Positions 13,624 to 24,799 of a DNA stretch of 64,000 nucleotides are shown here, one piece after another. Every line of letters starts with the position of its first letter. Position 1 is the first letter of the stretch. The notes beneath the pieces were generated by a model. That model saw only the letters and a program-made list of their open reading frames with translations. It searched no databases and was not told where the DNA came from. A program made the translations under genes and the position numbers. Location of the stretch: positions 11,906,001 through 11,970,000 of the forward strand of contig NC_087437.1 of NCBI RefSeq assembly GCF_036321535.1, read 5' to 3'. The stretch is from Camelus dromedarius. Taxonomy: Eukaryota.

Positions 13624-13725
13624 TTGCCACAGGAGATGAAGGAGACGTTCTTTCATAGTTAGGATTTGACTCTGGAGAATCACCTTTCAATGGGATCTTA
13701 TAGTTTATAAATATTGCTTAAGCAT
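13624..13725 (+). pseudogene. Pseudo-exon (5' boundary may lie upstream)
   Basis: ctttttattctag acceptor, CAT|gtatga donor; ATGDEGDVLS*LGFDSGESPFNGIL*FINIA. Confidence 0.45.
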
Positions 13726-13978
13726 GTATGACATTCGTTGGCAGATAAATACTACGGATGTTTAATAAAGTTTGGCTAGTTCACTAGAGTACAACTAGTA
13801 GTTGTATATGCAGAAGTGCCTGGGTTCAATGCCCAGTAATTCCAGTAAAACAAAAAAGTTCCAAATAGAACTTCCCTGAATGTATTTACTAACTGTTAAT
13901 GCCTATCGTGGGGAGTAGCTAACATCTAACCACATGCTATGTTATTTTCTCCATATGCATGTTATTTTGCCTCTCTAG

Positions 13979-14216
13979 TATAATATTGAGGCTGCAAAAT
14001 ACCTTGTTAAAATGGGTGATATTTGAAGAAGACAACAGAATATCTTTAAATTTCAGTGGCGAGAATTACTCATCCATGTTTAGTGGCAGGTGGATTTTCA
14101 TTGGCAACAGTCTTTGCTAAATATCTCTGATGCCACCATCTGTTATTGATTTAAAGCTAACGCCAAAGCAAATGCCAGTTTCCTAAAAGAAACCTCAGCT
14201 AAGGGGGATAGGTCAG
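13979..14216 (+). pseudogene. Pseudo-exon (internal frameshift likely)
   Basis: ttttgcctctctag acceptor, CAG|gtatga donor; IILRLQNTLLKWVIFEEDNRISLNFSGENYSSMFSGRWIFIGNSLC*ISLMPP... Confidence 0.6.
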
Positions 14217-14480
14217 GTATGAGTATGGTATCAAAGTGGTATCAAAATTAAAATTTGTTTTGAATTCTCACAATAAGTGAATATCAAATAAATGTTACTT
14301 CTTCTCTTGGCAAAGATTTGTAACCCATAATTACATTGATACATGTGCTATGTCAGTGGCAGCAGTGAAATTCATAGTATTTTTATGTGAAATGCACTGT
14401 TTTATTGCATTAATTCACATTTAATGTGTACACAGTAATAACCATAAAGTATGATAACCAAAGTTATATATTTTCTTCAG

Positions 14481-14530
14481 AACATTCATTTAGAGAGCTT
14501 TCAAAAGAGTCTGAGGAAATTAAAATATCA
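14481..14530 (+). pseudogene. Pseudo-exon
   Basis: ttttcttcag acceptor, TCA|gtcagt donor; (E)HSFRELSKESEEIKIS, in phase with one reading of the preceding exon. Confidence 0.5.
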
Positions 14531-17034
14531 GTCAGTTTACCTGCAGGATATAGAGCCAAAGCAGAAAGCAGTATAATATCTTTTATAAGCCACCCATTCC
14601 TCCCCGTATAATGGTCTTACTTCTGGCTGATAAAATACAATAGTCATAACTCTGTACATATTTTTAAAACTATGGTACACAAAACAAAGTTTTCTAGAGA
14701 GAAGGAAAATATACCTCCATCAGCAAAATTGCATTACTCCCATGATTACAAGCAGAGAGTCAAAGGTAAGAGAAAGCAGCGAAGGTAAAGTCCGGTGAAG
14801 CCCTTTCCTGGTAACCGGCTGCAAAAAGATGATGCCCATAAAGGCAGGGGGTCTCTTATAAGAGGAAGTGGAGACCCAGGGGATGCTGAGAAATAGCAAA
14901 TGAGCAGGTACCCAGAAAACAGAGCAAGAGTGAAAAATCTTAGTCATATTGAGGACTAAAAAAATAAAACATAGAAGGATATAATGTTCTAAAATCCGTG
15001 AAAGAGGAAACCAAGTAATGGCCAATTCAAGCTTGGTGAACACAAAATGGTTCTAGCAAACAGGAGGATGCTTATGCCTTTTTCTTTTTTTAATCTTCTA
15101 AAATCTTAATATTCCTTTTTAAAAAATTTTTTGTTGAAGTATAGGTGATTTACAATGTTAGTTTCAGGGGTACAGCAAAGTTTTCAGTTATACATGTACA
15201 TATATTATTTTCAGATTCTTTCCCATTATATGTTATTACAAGAAATTGAATATAGTTCTCTGAGCTAGACAGTAAGTCCTTGTTGTTTATGTATTTTATA
15301 TATAGTGACGTGTGTCTGTTAATCCCTAACCCCTAATTAAGATTTGAATATTCTTGCTGTCCACTGCTCTACTCTGGTAATCATATAAAAGTTAATTGTT
15401 ACAGATTAAGGCATACTTCAAGACCCAATATTCTGTATCCTCATGAAGGCACTATGACTACACCTACTGTTTCTTCCCTTAGTTGAATTTTTATAGCCTC
15501 CACATCACTTACATAGTCTTTTCATTAATTCATTCTTTCATTCATTCAACATTTTAGAAGCACTTTTCATGGGTTGAACATGGCTTTAATTTATTACCTG
15601 TGTCTTTTGGTATGATTTTGACCATTTATTTTTGTTTTTCTACAACCTGAATGCTCATGTCCTTTGCAGACTTCTCTAAAGAGCTATTTGTCTTTCTTAT
15701 GTTGATTTATATCAGAACTATAAGCTGCTTAAGAGCGATCTCAGCAGATATTTCTCAGTATGGGAGCTAAACACATTTGAGCAGTTTTTGCATAACTAGA
15801 AATATTTATAGTTTTGCAATTCTTATCATTGCTGTATCGACCATTATCCTCTGCATTCTATGGAAGAGGAAATAGAGGCTGAAGGGAGTTAAATGGCTTG
15901 CCAAGGTCAAATAACCACTAGGTGGTAGAGCTGGATAAGGACCCAGAATCACCAGCATGAGATCCTGTGCTTTTTCTAGAACATCACTGACTTTGATTGA
16001 GTGGTTTTTCTGTGCACACCTACTAGAAAGCTAAACCAAAAGTGCCCCATCATCTATCATGCATCAACAATTATCAAAAAATATCCATAGATGAATGATG
16101 TTAGCAACCGAGTAAAATGGCTTACAAAGGGCATTCTTTACAGGTACCTACAGAAGACACCTAAATATATAACACTTTCTTAGAAAATGCCCAGCACTGA
16201 GATCTAAATGCATTTCTAACAGTGGTTACTGGTTGGTTCCAGATGTTATAAAAATTGGAACCACTGGTGAACCCTTCTTCAGTCATTCATAAATCCGTAT
16301 GAGAGTACACTTTGTGCACATTTTATGCTAGATGTCCAGGATACAATGAAGAACAATTAAGCCCCTGCCCTGGAGAAGGCTTACATTTTTCTAGAGTAAA
16401 TTTGAAGCCAAACTGTAACTAAAGTACAATCCAGAACTTCTTTTCTTTCAGGTCTTTACAGGGTACCATGAAAACACTCAGAAAGGAGTCAGTAATTGCA
16501 TTTGCATTTGTAATTTCTGGGAGCAGGTTGACCCAAGAGATGACACTTGATCTGGATGTTGGCAGGTGAATAGACTTTCTGCATAGAAGACTTTAGGTGC
16601 TTCGCTGAAAATTGAGGTGTCATTTAGATCACTAATAATCACCCATATCAGCCAAAATGTACTGAGACACGAGAAGATAAATATAGTGTAGCCACAGTGT
16701 CAGACACCACATGGCAATTAGTTCCCAGCAGTTAGGATTTAGGAGATGACAGAATGTTCTATTTATGATTTCCAGGGTCTGCAGCATAGAAGGGACTCAA
16801 TAAATATCTATAGAATCGAATTACACTGAACTGAATGGATTTCTGAGATTCATATACACCATTATTGGGGCTAACTAGAACTCAGAGTGAGAATGTGTGC
16901 TCTGTCATTGGTTATATCTTCTGATGGAACAGAATCAATTTAGAAGGAAAAAACTAAAAGCAAGGATGCCATCACAAACCTCCCAAAGGCTCTCGTTCTT
17001 TTTAGTGACTCTCAGAATATAAGAGAAGAACTCG

Positions 17035-17630
17035 CTGTGGCAGGAGGTAGACGTTCACCAATGATTTACATTCTCACTACCTTCCCCATTGCCTGTAATG
17101 TAAAGTTGTCACAAAAAAGATCCCCAGCCAGGAACTACATATCCCAGCCTCCTTTGCATCCAGGTGGGGCCATATGGCTACTTCTCACTAAGAGGATGTG
17201 ACTGGAACTGTTGTGTGTCACTGCTGGTGCTTCGCGCTCAAGTGCATGCTGTCCAACTGCCAGCACCTGCCTTTCTTTCCCTGAAGACTTTGTCCTCCAG
17301 AGCCTGCTTTGCCCACCCACACAAGCAGGTTGGAAGTACCTGGGAATTCCCATCCCCTGGAAACAGCTCCAACAAATGATTGACAACACGGATATAAACC
17401 CGTCTTCCTCATCCTTCAAGTGAGAAAACTCTAAGCCATGTGATTTACATTGTGTTCCTGAATTTCCCCAACAAGATCAACCTCTGACTGCCCGCGGCAG
17501 CACCTTGCTTGATAGTAAACCCCTTATCTGTTACCTTTCCCTCCTGGTCTCAATTCCTCCATTGCCCTACCAGCATTTAAACCCACATCTCAGAGTAAGA
17601 TTCTGCACAATGCAAACCAAGGTAACACAT
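17035..17630. mobile_element. MLT1 plus LTR16-like LTR fragments
   Basis: ctacatatcccagcctcctttgca...ggccatatggctac is MLT1-like; ctcagagtaagattctgc...aaacccaa-like end is LTR16-like. Confidence 0.5.
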
Positions 17631-18419
17631 TTTCTCCTAGATTCCGTGTTTCTTTCTCTTGCTTTGCTCTTTTGACTTTCTGGAGTACAACATCCAGTAG
17701 CTTTCTAGAAAGGATCAATACAGGGAACAACTTTTGGGTTTGATCTTGTGTGCAAAAAGCAACCTTCACACTGGATTTATAATTTAGTTCTAGGCATTAA
17801 ATGATAAATATTATAATACATTACATATAATAATTATTATATAAAATTATAGTAATTAAAAAAATGATTTCCCTTCAACTTTAGGATGTATTACCCCATT
17901 GGTTTTCAGTGTCCAGTGTTGTTCTTGAGAAGTCTAATACCATTATAATCCCTTATCTTTCGTATGTGATGTATTTTCTCTCTGGAGGACTTCAGATTCT
18001 TCTCTTTAACCGGATTTCCTACAGTTTAATGATTTTGTGCGTTGGTGGTGTTTATATGATTGTTTTTCCATTCATTGATCTGGGGTCTGAAGGAATTCTT
18101 ACAAAGTGGAAACTCCTGTCCCTCAGATCTGCAAATGTGTCTTATATTGTTTCTGTATAATTCCCTCCCCTTCATTTTCTTGATCTCTTTTCCTGAAACT
18201 CTCATTATTTGAATGTTTGAACTCCTGAATAATTCTCAAATTTCCTTTATTTAAAAAAAAATCATGATTCTTTTATTAAATTTTATGAAACAACTCCTCA
18301 ACTCTATCGGCCAATCTTTCTATTATTTTCTTTTAAATATGATATTATATGTTTGATTCCAAAAATCTGCCATTATAACGAGAAGTCTGGGAATTATATC
18401 TAAATATGTGTAGTTTTTA

Positions 18420-19290
18420 GAGGAGGGTCACTAAAGGGGAAAGAATAGAAATACGGTTGCAGGTGTACACCTGCGATGGACGAAGATTCAGTGGTCACTG
18501 CTACTCCTCTAGCTCACCTCGCCCCCAGCCTGAGAACAACTGTTACTGTCAATAATAATGATAATGGTACTTGTCAGTCTAGTTATGAAGATGGAAATAG
18601 TTCCAGTAATTTTGAACAGAATTTAACAGAGGAATTGAGTATAAAAGTATTGGAAGGACCAGGGAATCAAGAAAGAGAAGGATGAGCTGTTACTCAGAGA
18701 TCAGTGCCTGAAAGTTGCTAACATCTAGATTCGTGCACCCCTATTGCTGCAGGGATGAAAGGGGCAATGGAGTTTTGTGGGACTCACACGGGCTGTGCTG
18801 CGGAGGGTGCTCAGTGTCACTAGTAACACCGCCATCGTCAAATCCCCGCCGCGACCGCTTTGCAGGAAGCTGGGAGCCTGTGTGCCGCCGACTCTGAGGA
18901 GCCCGGCAGCCCAGTCCTGCTGGAGCTGCTGGAATCGCTGCCGACACTTCCAGAGCCCACAGTCGTTGCTGCTGCTGCTGCGATTAGTGCCATGCCACTG
19001 ATGCAGCACCTGGCAGTCATCTACATCTGCTCGTCATTGTCAGCGCTGCTGCAGCCGCTGCAGTCAGAGTCAACGATCCCACGTTTCTGAAGCTCTGGGG
19101 CATTCTGCCCCTGCCACTTCCAGGGACAGAAGCAAAGGGAAGACAGTGGGTTATCTTTTCTACTGCCTTGAACTCCACCAGTGCCTCCCAATGGTTAGAG
19201 GAGATTAATCAGAAACTACCTGGCGAGGGAGTCTGGGTACTATTGCTTTGAAGTAGGAAGGTTGGAAATGGAGCCGAGAGTCAAAAGGCA
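18420..19290. mobile_element. Probable ancient ERVL-class LTR with CpG-rich, GCT-rich core
   Basis: ccagtgcctcccaatgg...aatcagaaactacctggcgagggagtctggg resembles old ERVL LTRs; subfamily uncertain. Confidence 0.35.
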
Positions 19291-19299
19291 AATGACCAT

Positions 19300-19530
19300 C
19301 ATCTACATTTCTTATGCACTCCGTAGGTACCAGGGCGATATCTACATCATCTCATTTTATCCTCACAGCAACCGTTGAAAGTAGCTACAGTTACTATCCA
19401 CATGGTATAGACGAGGAAACTGACTCAGAGATGCTGAGCTAAGATTATGTAGCTGGGAAGACAGCATATTCAGGGTTCAAACTCAGGTCAGTCTTATACC
19501 AAGTCCAGAGCGCTTAATCATCTTGCTTCC
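19300..19530. mobile_element. MIR SINE
   Basis: tatcctcacagcaacc...atagacgaggaaactgactcagaga...gggttcaaactcagg MIR core. Confidence 0.7.
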
Positions 19531-20531
19531 TACATATCTTCAGTGAACCACCCTTCACGCCCCTGGCTGCTCTGAGCAGTGAAGTCGTCCTCTGCATTGG
19601 TGACCACTGTCGGTCTCCTGCCCTCCAGACCAAGGACAGTCCCTTCTGCTTTTTCTGAACAGCCTTTCACACAGTAAAGCTTTATCCTAAGTGACCCCGC
19701 AACCTCCTTGGCCCTTGTACTCAAGGTGGAGTCTATGCAGCAGCAGCACAGACATTGCCTGGGAGATGTTACAGTGCTGAGTCTTGGTCCCCATCCGCCC
19801 ACTGTGAACTGTTGACTCATAAGAGTGTCAGTTGATTCTTATGTCCCCTAGAGTTTGAGAAAGGGCGCGTTACACCTCATCTCCCTCCTGCCCAGAGCAT
19901 ACCCATACTTTCTGGGAGTCGGGGAGAGATGATGGGGATGGGACTCAGTATCACACTGTACTTGAAACCATTGCTCCCTCGTAAATTCTGCCTTGGCTTT
20001 TATATTGATCCTCTCTGCCAATTTTTTTTCTTCATTTTGCTGATTCTTTTCCAGTTACCACGATGTCTCACTTGTTGACCTGGCATGATTGAGGAATCCC
20101 ACTCCGTCAGATGGTCTGATCCCAAATGTGCCATAGTCCAAGTTCTCTTTTATATCTCCCTGAACCTCACATAGACCTACCCAGGTGTCCAGAGATACGA
20201 TTCAGTGCTTCTGGACACACCATGACGGAAAAGAATCCCACCTTCCCACATTCTAAGCAGGAAGCTGGTCTTACCATGATCGTGTTTGAACACACCCTAA
20301 TTCTCACTCTGATTGCACTATTCATTCCCCATAGATCTAAAACAGATGGCTGTGCACCAGCAAGCAGAGAGAAAGGAGAGATCACGTCCTCAACAGCTCG
20401 TATTCTCTCCTGTGTCTTGTTCTTTTGTCTGCTCTACACATAATGCCGGTCCCCCAAGCCCTGCCTGCCCCCCAAATCATGCGTGATGCAATTAATATAT
20501 TATACTTGTGTGAGTGATTACCTTCGCTCAG

Positions 20532-20616
20532 TTGCTGGGGGCTGCTGCCAAGATTCAGACATCTAAAGAGCATGATATGAATAGACTTTTCAGGGAAACC
20601 ATAGTCATATTTTCAA
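20532..20616 (+). pseudogene. Pseudo-exon (3' boundary uncertain)
   Basis: ccttcgctcag acceptor; LLGAAAKIQTSKEHDMNRLFRETIVIFS; frame stays open to 20699. Confidence 0.45.
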
Positions 20617-20779
20617 GTGATACATCAACGTTTATTCTGCTTCTTGAACAGCCCCTTAATTCTCGTTGTAGTTTATTAGTCACCCTTGTTCTCAGTTGAT
20701 TAAATTTGTTTGTAGTTGCCTCTGAGATTATATTGACAGATATTCCTCCTTACAATTTAATAGCAACATTTTTTTGCAG

Positions 20780-20911
20780 AGCGTGAGCTGACAGAGTAAG
20801 ACAAATGGAAAAAGCAAATGTGCTGCACTATATAGATCTGATTCATCTTTCCTCCTGTCTCCTTATTTATTTTTGCCATGATTGGGAACCAAATGAACAG
20901 AGTGACATTCG
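20780..20911 (+). pseudogene. Pseudo-exon (phase 2-2)
   Basis: ttttttgcag acceptor; A*ADRVRQMEKANVLHYIDLIHLSSCLLIYFCHDWEPNEQSDI; weak donor gtttta. Confidence 0.6.
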
Positions 20912-21143
20912 GTTTTAGTAAGATAACTATATTATTTTTGATTTAAGGTTTTATATTTCTGAAAGCAAATACAGTAACAGTGAAGATAAAAGTAACCTGG
21001 TATAATTTGTACAGTCACTACATTTTATGAATTAATTGTTTTGGGGTACATTATGACTGGCACAAACTAAAAATATGGAGGAAAATATAAGGTATCTTAA
21101 AAGTCTATTCTGGTTACATTTAACTGGTTCTCTTTTAATACAG

Positions 21144-21386
21144 ACACTTCCAGGGAATAGGAAGTGTATACAACAGGCATCATGAGAGCAGCTGGTCTGT
21201 TGAGCAATTTTTATTTAACTTGCACAGAATAGTACATGTGCCTACTTTGTGCCCATTACTGGATCATGGATCATCTTTGCAAGGCTTCAAGGAAGAGAAA
21301 AGTCAAATAACTTGTTGTGGAATAAGAGAAAAATTTCTGGCTGTTCTTTGTGGTCTTATGGTCACTTTGAATCAGGGGACTTCAAG
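21144..21386 (+). pseudogene. Pseudo-exon, fully open (243 nt, phase 2-2)
   Basis: tcttttaatacag acceptor, AAG|gttaag donor; HFQGIGSVYNRHHESSWSVEQFLFNLHRIVHVP...LMVTLNQGTS. Confidence 0.65.
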
Positions 21387-22949
21387 GTTAAGGTGCACAT
21401 TGGGCCACGTGGAGAACCAGGTCATCAGCTCAGCTGCACTGTTTGTCATGACCTTCCCTCTGTCCCAGCACGGAGACACCCGCAACATGTGTATGAATGA
21501 GTTGACTGACTAACAAACACCATGTGACACCAACAACACGTATGTGAATGAGTTGATTCACTAACAAACACTATGAGCAGCCCTGAAGGACAAAGCTTGT
21601 AGACACAGTTGGCCTCTTGGGCATTTTGTCTTTCTCTGGGCTTCTAGTCTGATGTCCACGTAAGCAGAGTTGCTGTCTCTGTTTGGCGCAAGTCGACAGC
21701 CATGGCATTTGTGCGGAAAGCCCCACAATTTATGATCATGAACAAGAGGCACTTATGCCTTGATAGATTCTTCTCTGTCCAGGGATCAGTGAATCCCTTT
21801 CCCTCCAAAGTAGATGAAACTAAATAATTTTTAATAAGCTTCCATTTGAGTGTTATGTGAATCACACAACGTAAGTTCCAGAAGGGCAGTGTTTTATTAC
21901 ACTGCAGTGTCCTCAGTGATGAGAGGATGATTGGCCCATCATGGGTATCTCATAAACATCAGGGACAAAAAAAAATGAATAAAAAATGGAGCAATGGCTC
22001 TATTTAACAATGTTGGCGAAGAGATAGGGTCAGGAGGTGTGAGGTAACTGAAAATTGGAAAGTTTAGCTTCTGCCTTTTTTAGTATCCAGGGTGAGGAGC
22101 ATTTATAATTGCCTGCCTCCTAGGTGTGCTGAGAGCCCCATTCAGGTGGTGCTGTTAGTACTGCAGAGTTAGAAAATGCTCCATTCAACTGAATTCTGCT
22201 TAATCAGTGCTCATTGTGTTTGCTAAGGTGTTAGGTGTGTGAAGAAATGCAAGCCCTTTATCAGCACATTACTGCGCTGATGTATGGAGCCCTGTCCTCA
22301 CTCTTTCCCTACTGCTTCACTCTTTCCTCAGTTCTCTCTTGTGGGGCCAGAGCAAGATGGGCAGGAGTGCCAGCTTGACTAGCTCCTGTGTGGTAGGGAA
22401 TCGCAGGAGGAGGCAAAGGTAGCGAGGCCCGGGCCGTGTCAGACAGGCTTACCTGCTGTAGTAGTGGTGCAGTGGACAGAGTAGAATCTGGAAACACGGT
22501 GTGTCTGTATACCGAGCAAAAATGAAATAAGATGATAAGCCTAAGATCAATATCTGGGAGGTCTCAAGACAGGGCAGAGGCGATCACAGGAAATGGTCCA
22601 AAGACAGTGGTCAGAAGTAAGGTTTTCAAAGAGGGCATCAGCTGATACTTAAGGACAAGAGTGAGAGCTTAAAGTTGCCACTCCTGGGTGGACACTATTA
22701 ACTGCTCGCACACTTACAATTTGGGTTCTTCACCCATCAATACAGTCTCTTCTCCCATAGGTTTCCAATAACATTCTCAATGTAATGAGAGGTTCTCTTT
22801 TGTTCCAGTCCCTGTTCAAAAAAACCTTTAAAATACTTCCTCCTAAATGCCTCCTACCAACACATAAAGATCCTAAGATGACACCCAACTTTTCTTTGCT
22901 TAAAAATTAAGACTGACGAACTGCCTACTGCGCTAAGGAGGCCACAAAC

Positions 22950-23730
22950 GATAAATGCTGGAGAGAGTGTGGAGAAAAGGGAACCCTCCCACAATGCTGG
23001 CAGGAATGTAGTTTGGTGCAGCCATTATGGAAAACAGTATGGAGATTCTCAAAAAACTAAAAATATACTTACCATACGATACAGCAATCCCACTCCTGGG
23101 CATATATTCAGAAGGAACTCTAATTTGAAAAGACACATGCACCTCAGTGTTCATAGCAGCACTATATGCAATAGCCAAGACATGGAAACAACCTAAATGT
23201 CCAACAGATGACTGGATAAAGAAGCTGTGGTATATTTATACAATGGAATGCTACTCAGCCATAAAAAAGAATAAAATAATGCCATTTGCAACAACATGGA
23301 TGGACCATCATTTTAAGTGAAGTAAGCCAGAAAAAGAAAGAAAAATACCATATGCTATCACTCATATTTGGAATCTAAAAAAAGGACACTATGAACTCAT
23401 CTACAAAACAGAAATAGACTGGTAGACATAGTGAACAATCTTATGGTTACCAAGGGAAAGGGGTGGGAAGGGATAAATTTAGGAGTTTGAGATTTACAAA
23501 TGTTAGCCATTATATATAAAAATAGATTTAAAAAAAAGTTTCTCCTGTATAGCACAGGAAACTATATTCAATATCTGATAATAATCTTTAATGAAAAAAT
23601 ATGAAAATGCATTATGTATATGTATGTATGACTGGGACATTAAGCGGTACACCAGAAATTGACACATAGTAACTGACTATACTTCAATAAAAAAAGACCA
23701 AAAACAATAGTAAAATATTAAAAAAAAAAT
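22950..23730 (+). mobile_element. Young 5'-truncated L1 (ORF2 C-terminus, 3'UTR, A-tail)
   Basis: aaatgctggagagagtgtggagaaaagggaaccctcc, cagcaatcccactcctgggcatat; A-rich tail. Confidence 0.9.
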
Positions 23731-24799
23731 TAGTTCTTGGGCTTCCAGGTAAAGGTGATTACTGAGAAAGTGCATTTACCTCTCATCCCTTCATATTAAG
23801 GTTACAGTAAAGGTGTAAAACTAAGATAAACTCACAGGAGCAAAGAGGATGGGAGGAATAACATAGCAGACACAATGTCTTCGTATTTCTGTGATTCAAA
23901 AATGGGCACAAGAACAACGAGCAATGAAACTGAGCAGAGGAAGCCACAGCCTAGAATGCAGACCAAGGCACTAGATCGGTCCCAGAGGAGATTCACTGTG
24001 TAGAGCAGAAATGAGATCTGTAGCTAAATAAGGGGAAATAATTAAAGGTCTGAATGGGCAGCTCCCACCTCCCTCTACAACCTGCAGAGGTGGGGCACAG
24101 TTATCCTAGCAACTGGCCCTAGGTCAAAAGGTCAGGGGAATATTTAAAGAAAATCAGGATGAATCCTAAACATGGGCAGAAGTACCTTAGATGGAAGCCC
24201 TTCCTACTTTGGCATATGGGAGGGGCTCTGGTCATAATAGATGCCACCCTACCTGACCCCACTAAGAAGCCTGCCATTGACCAGCTCCATCCAGGCCACA
24301 CAGCTGCCCACCAGGCTTCTGTCCACACTCACACCTGAGATTGGACTCCCAGGACCACGGGGTGTTTGAGGAAAGCCTGGATCGTGGAAGAGAGACCAGA
24401 ATCAAGAGACTGACAACCTGACCCCCGAACACAGTTTTACAATTTTATTAATATTCTCAAAAAAGATTTAATAAGGTAGCATATCTGTAAAACAAGACTA
24501 GAATTACCTGTAAAAGTCAAGAGAGAGCTTCTAGAAATTTTTCTGAAAGATTTAAGAGTTTTTTTTAAAGTTGAAATTCAGTAGAGGTTTTGAACGTCAA
24601 AAAAAACCTGTGACATCTCTGAATATAGTTATCCATATAAAACTGAATTCCTACTGGCTAGCATCTATGATAATAAATCAGGTATGAGTTAAAGACTTAA
24701 AAGTATAATTTAAAAAATACTTCAATTGTTTGAAGACAATTTAGGAGAGAATCTTTGTGACTTGGAAATGAGGTGGATTTCTTAAACTATTACCACCCT

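Noticed and set aside
16452..16565. Exon-like segment with strong acceptor and donor
   Set aside because: Lies in an L2-like remnant and has no supporting frame link.
18476..19090. Cluster of six-frame ORFs
   Set aside because: GC-rich low-complexity, probably repeat-derived sequence; no splice signals linking it to the exon chain.
10500..20620. Isolated resemblances to RalGAP-alpha (IALLSSRGIWL), TPR (KAFEFFKEGLRIKE), ankyrin (NIEAAKYLVKMG) and acyl-CoA dehydrogenase (EHDMNRLFRE)
   Set aside because: Each is a single short motif not extended by neighbouring exons.
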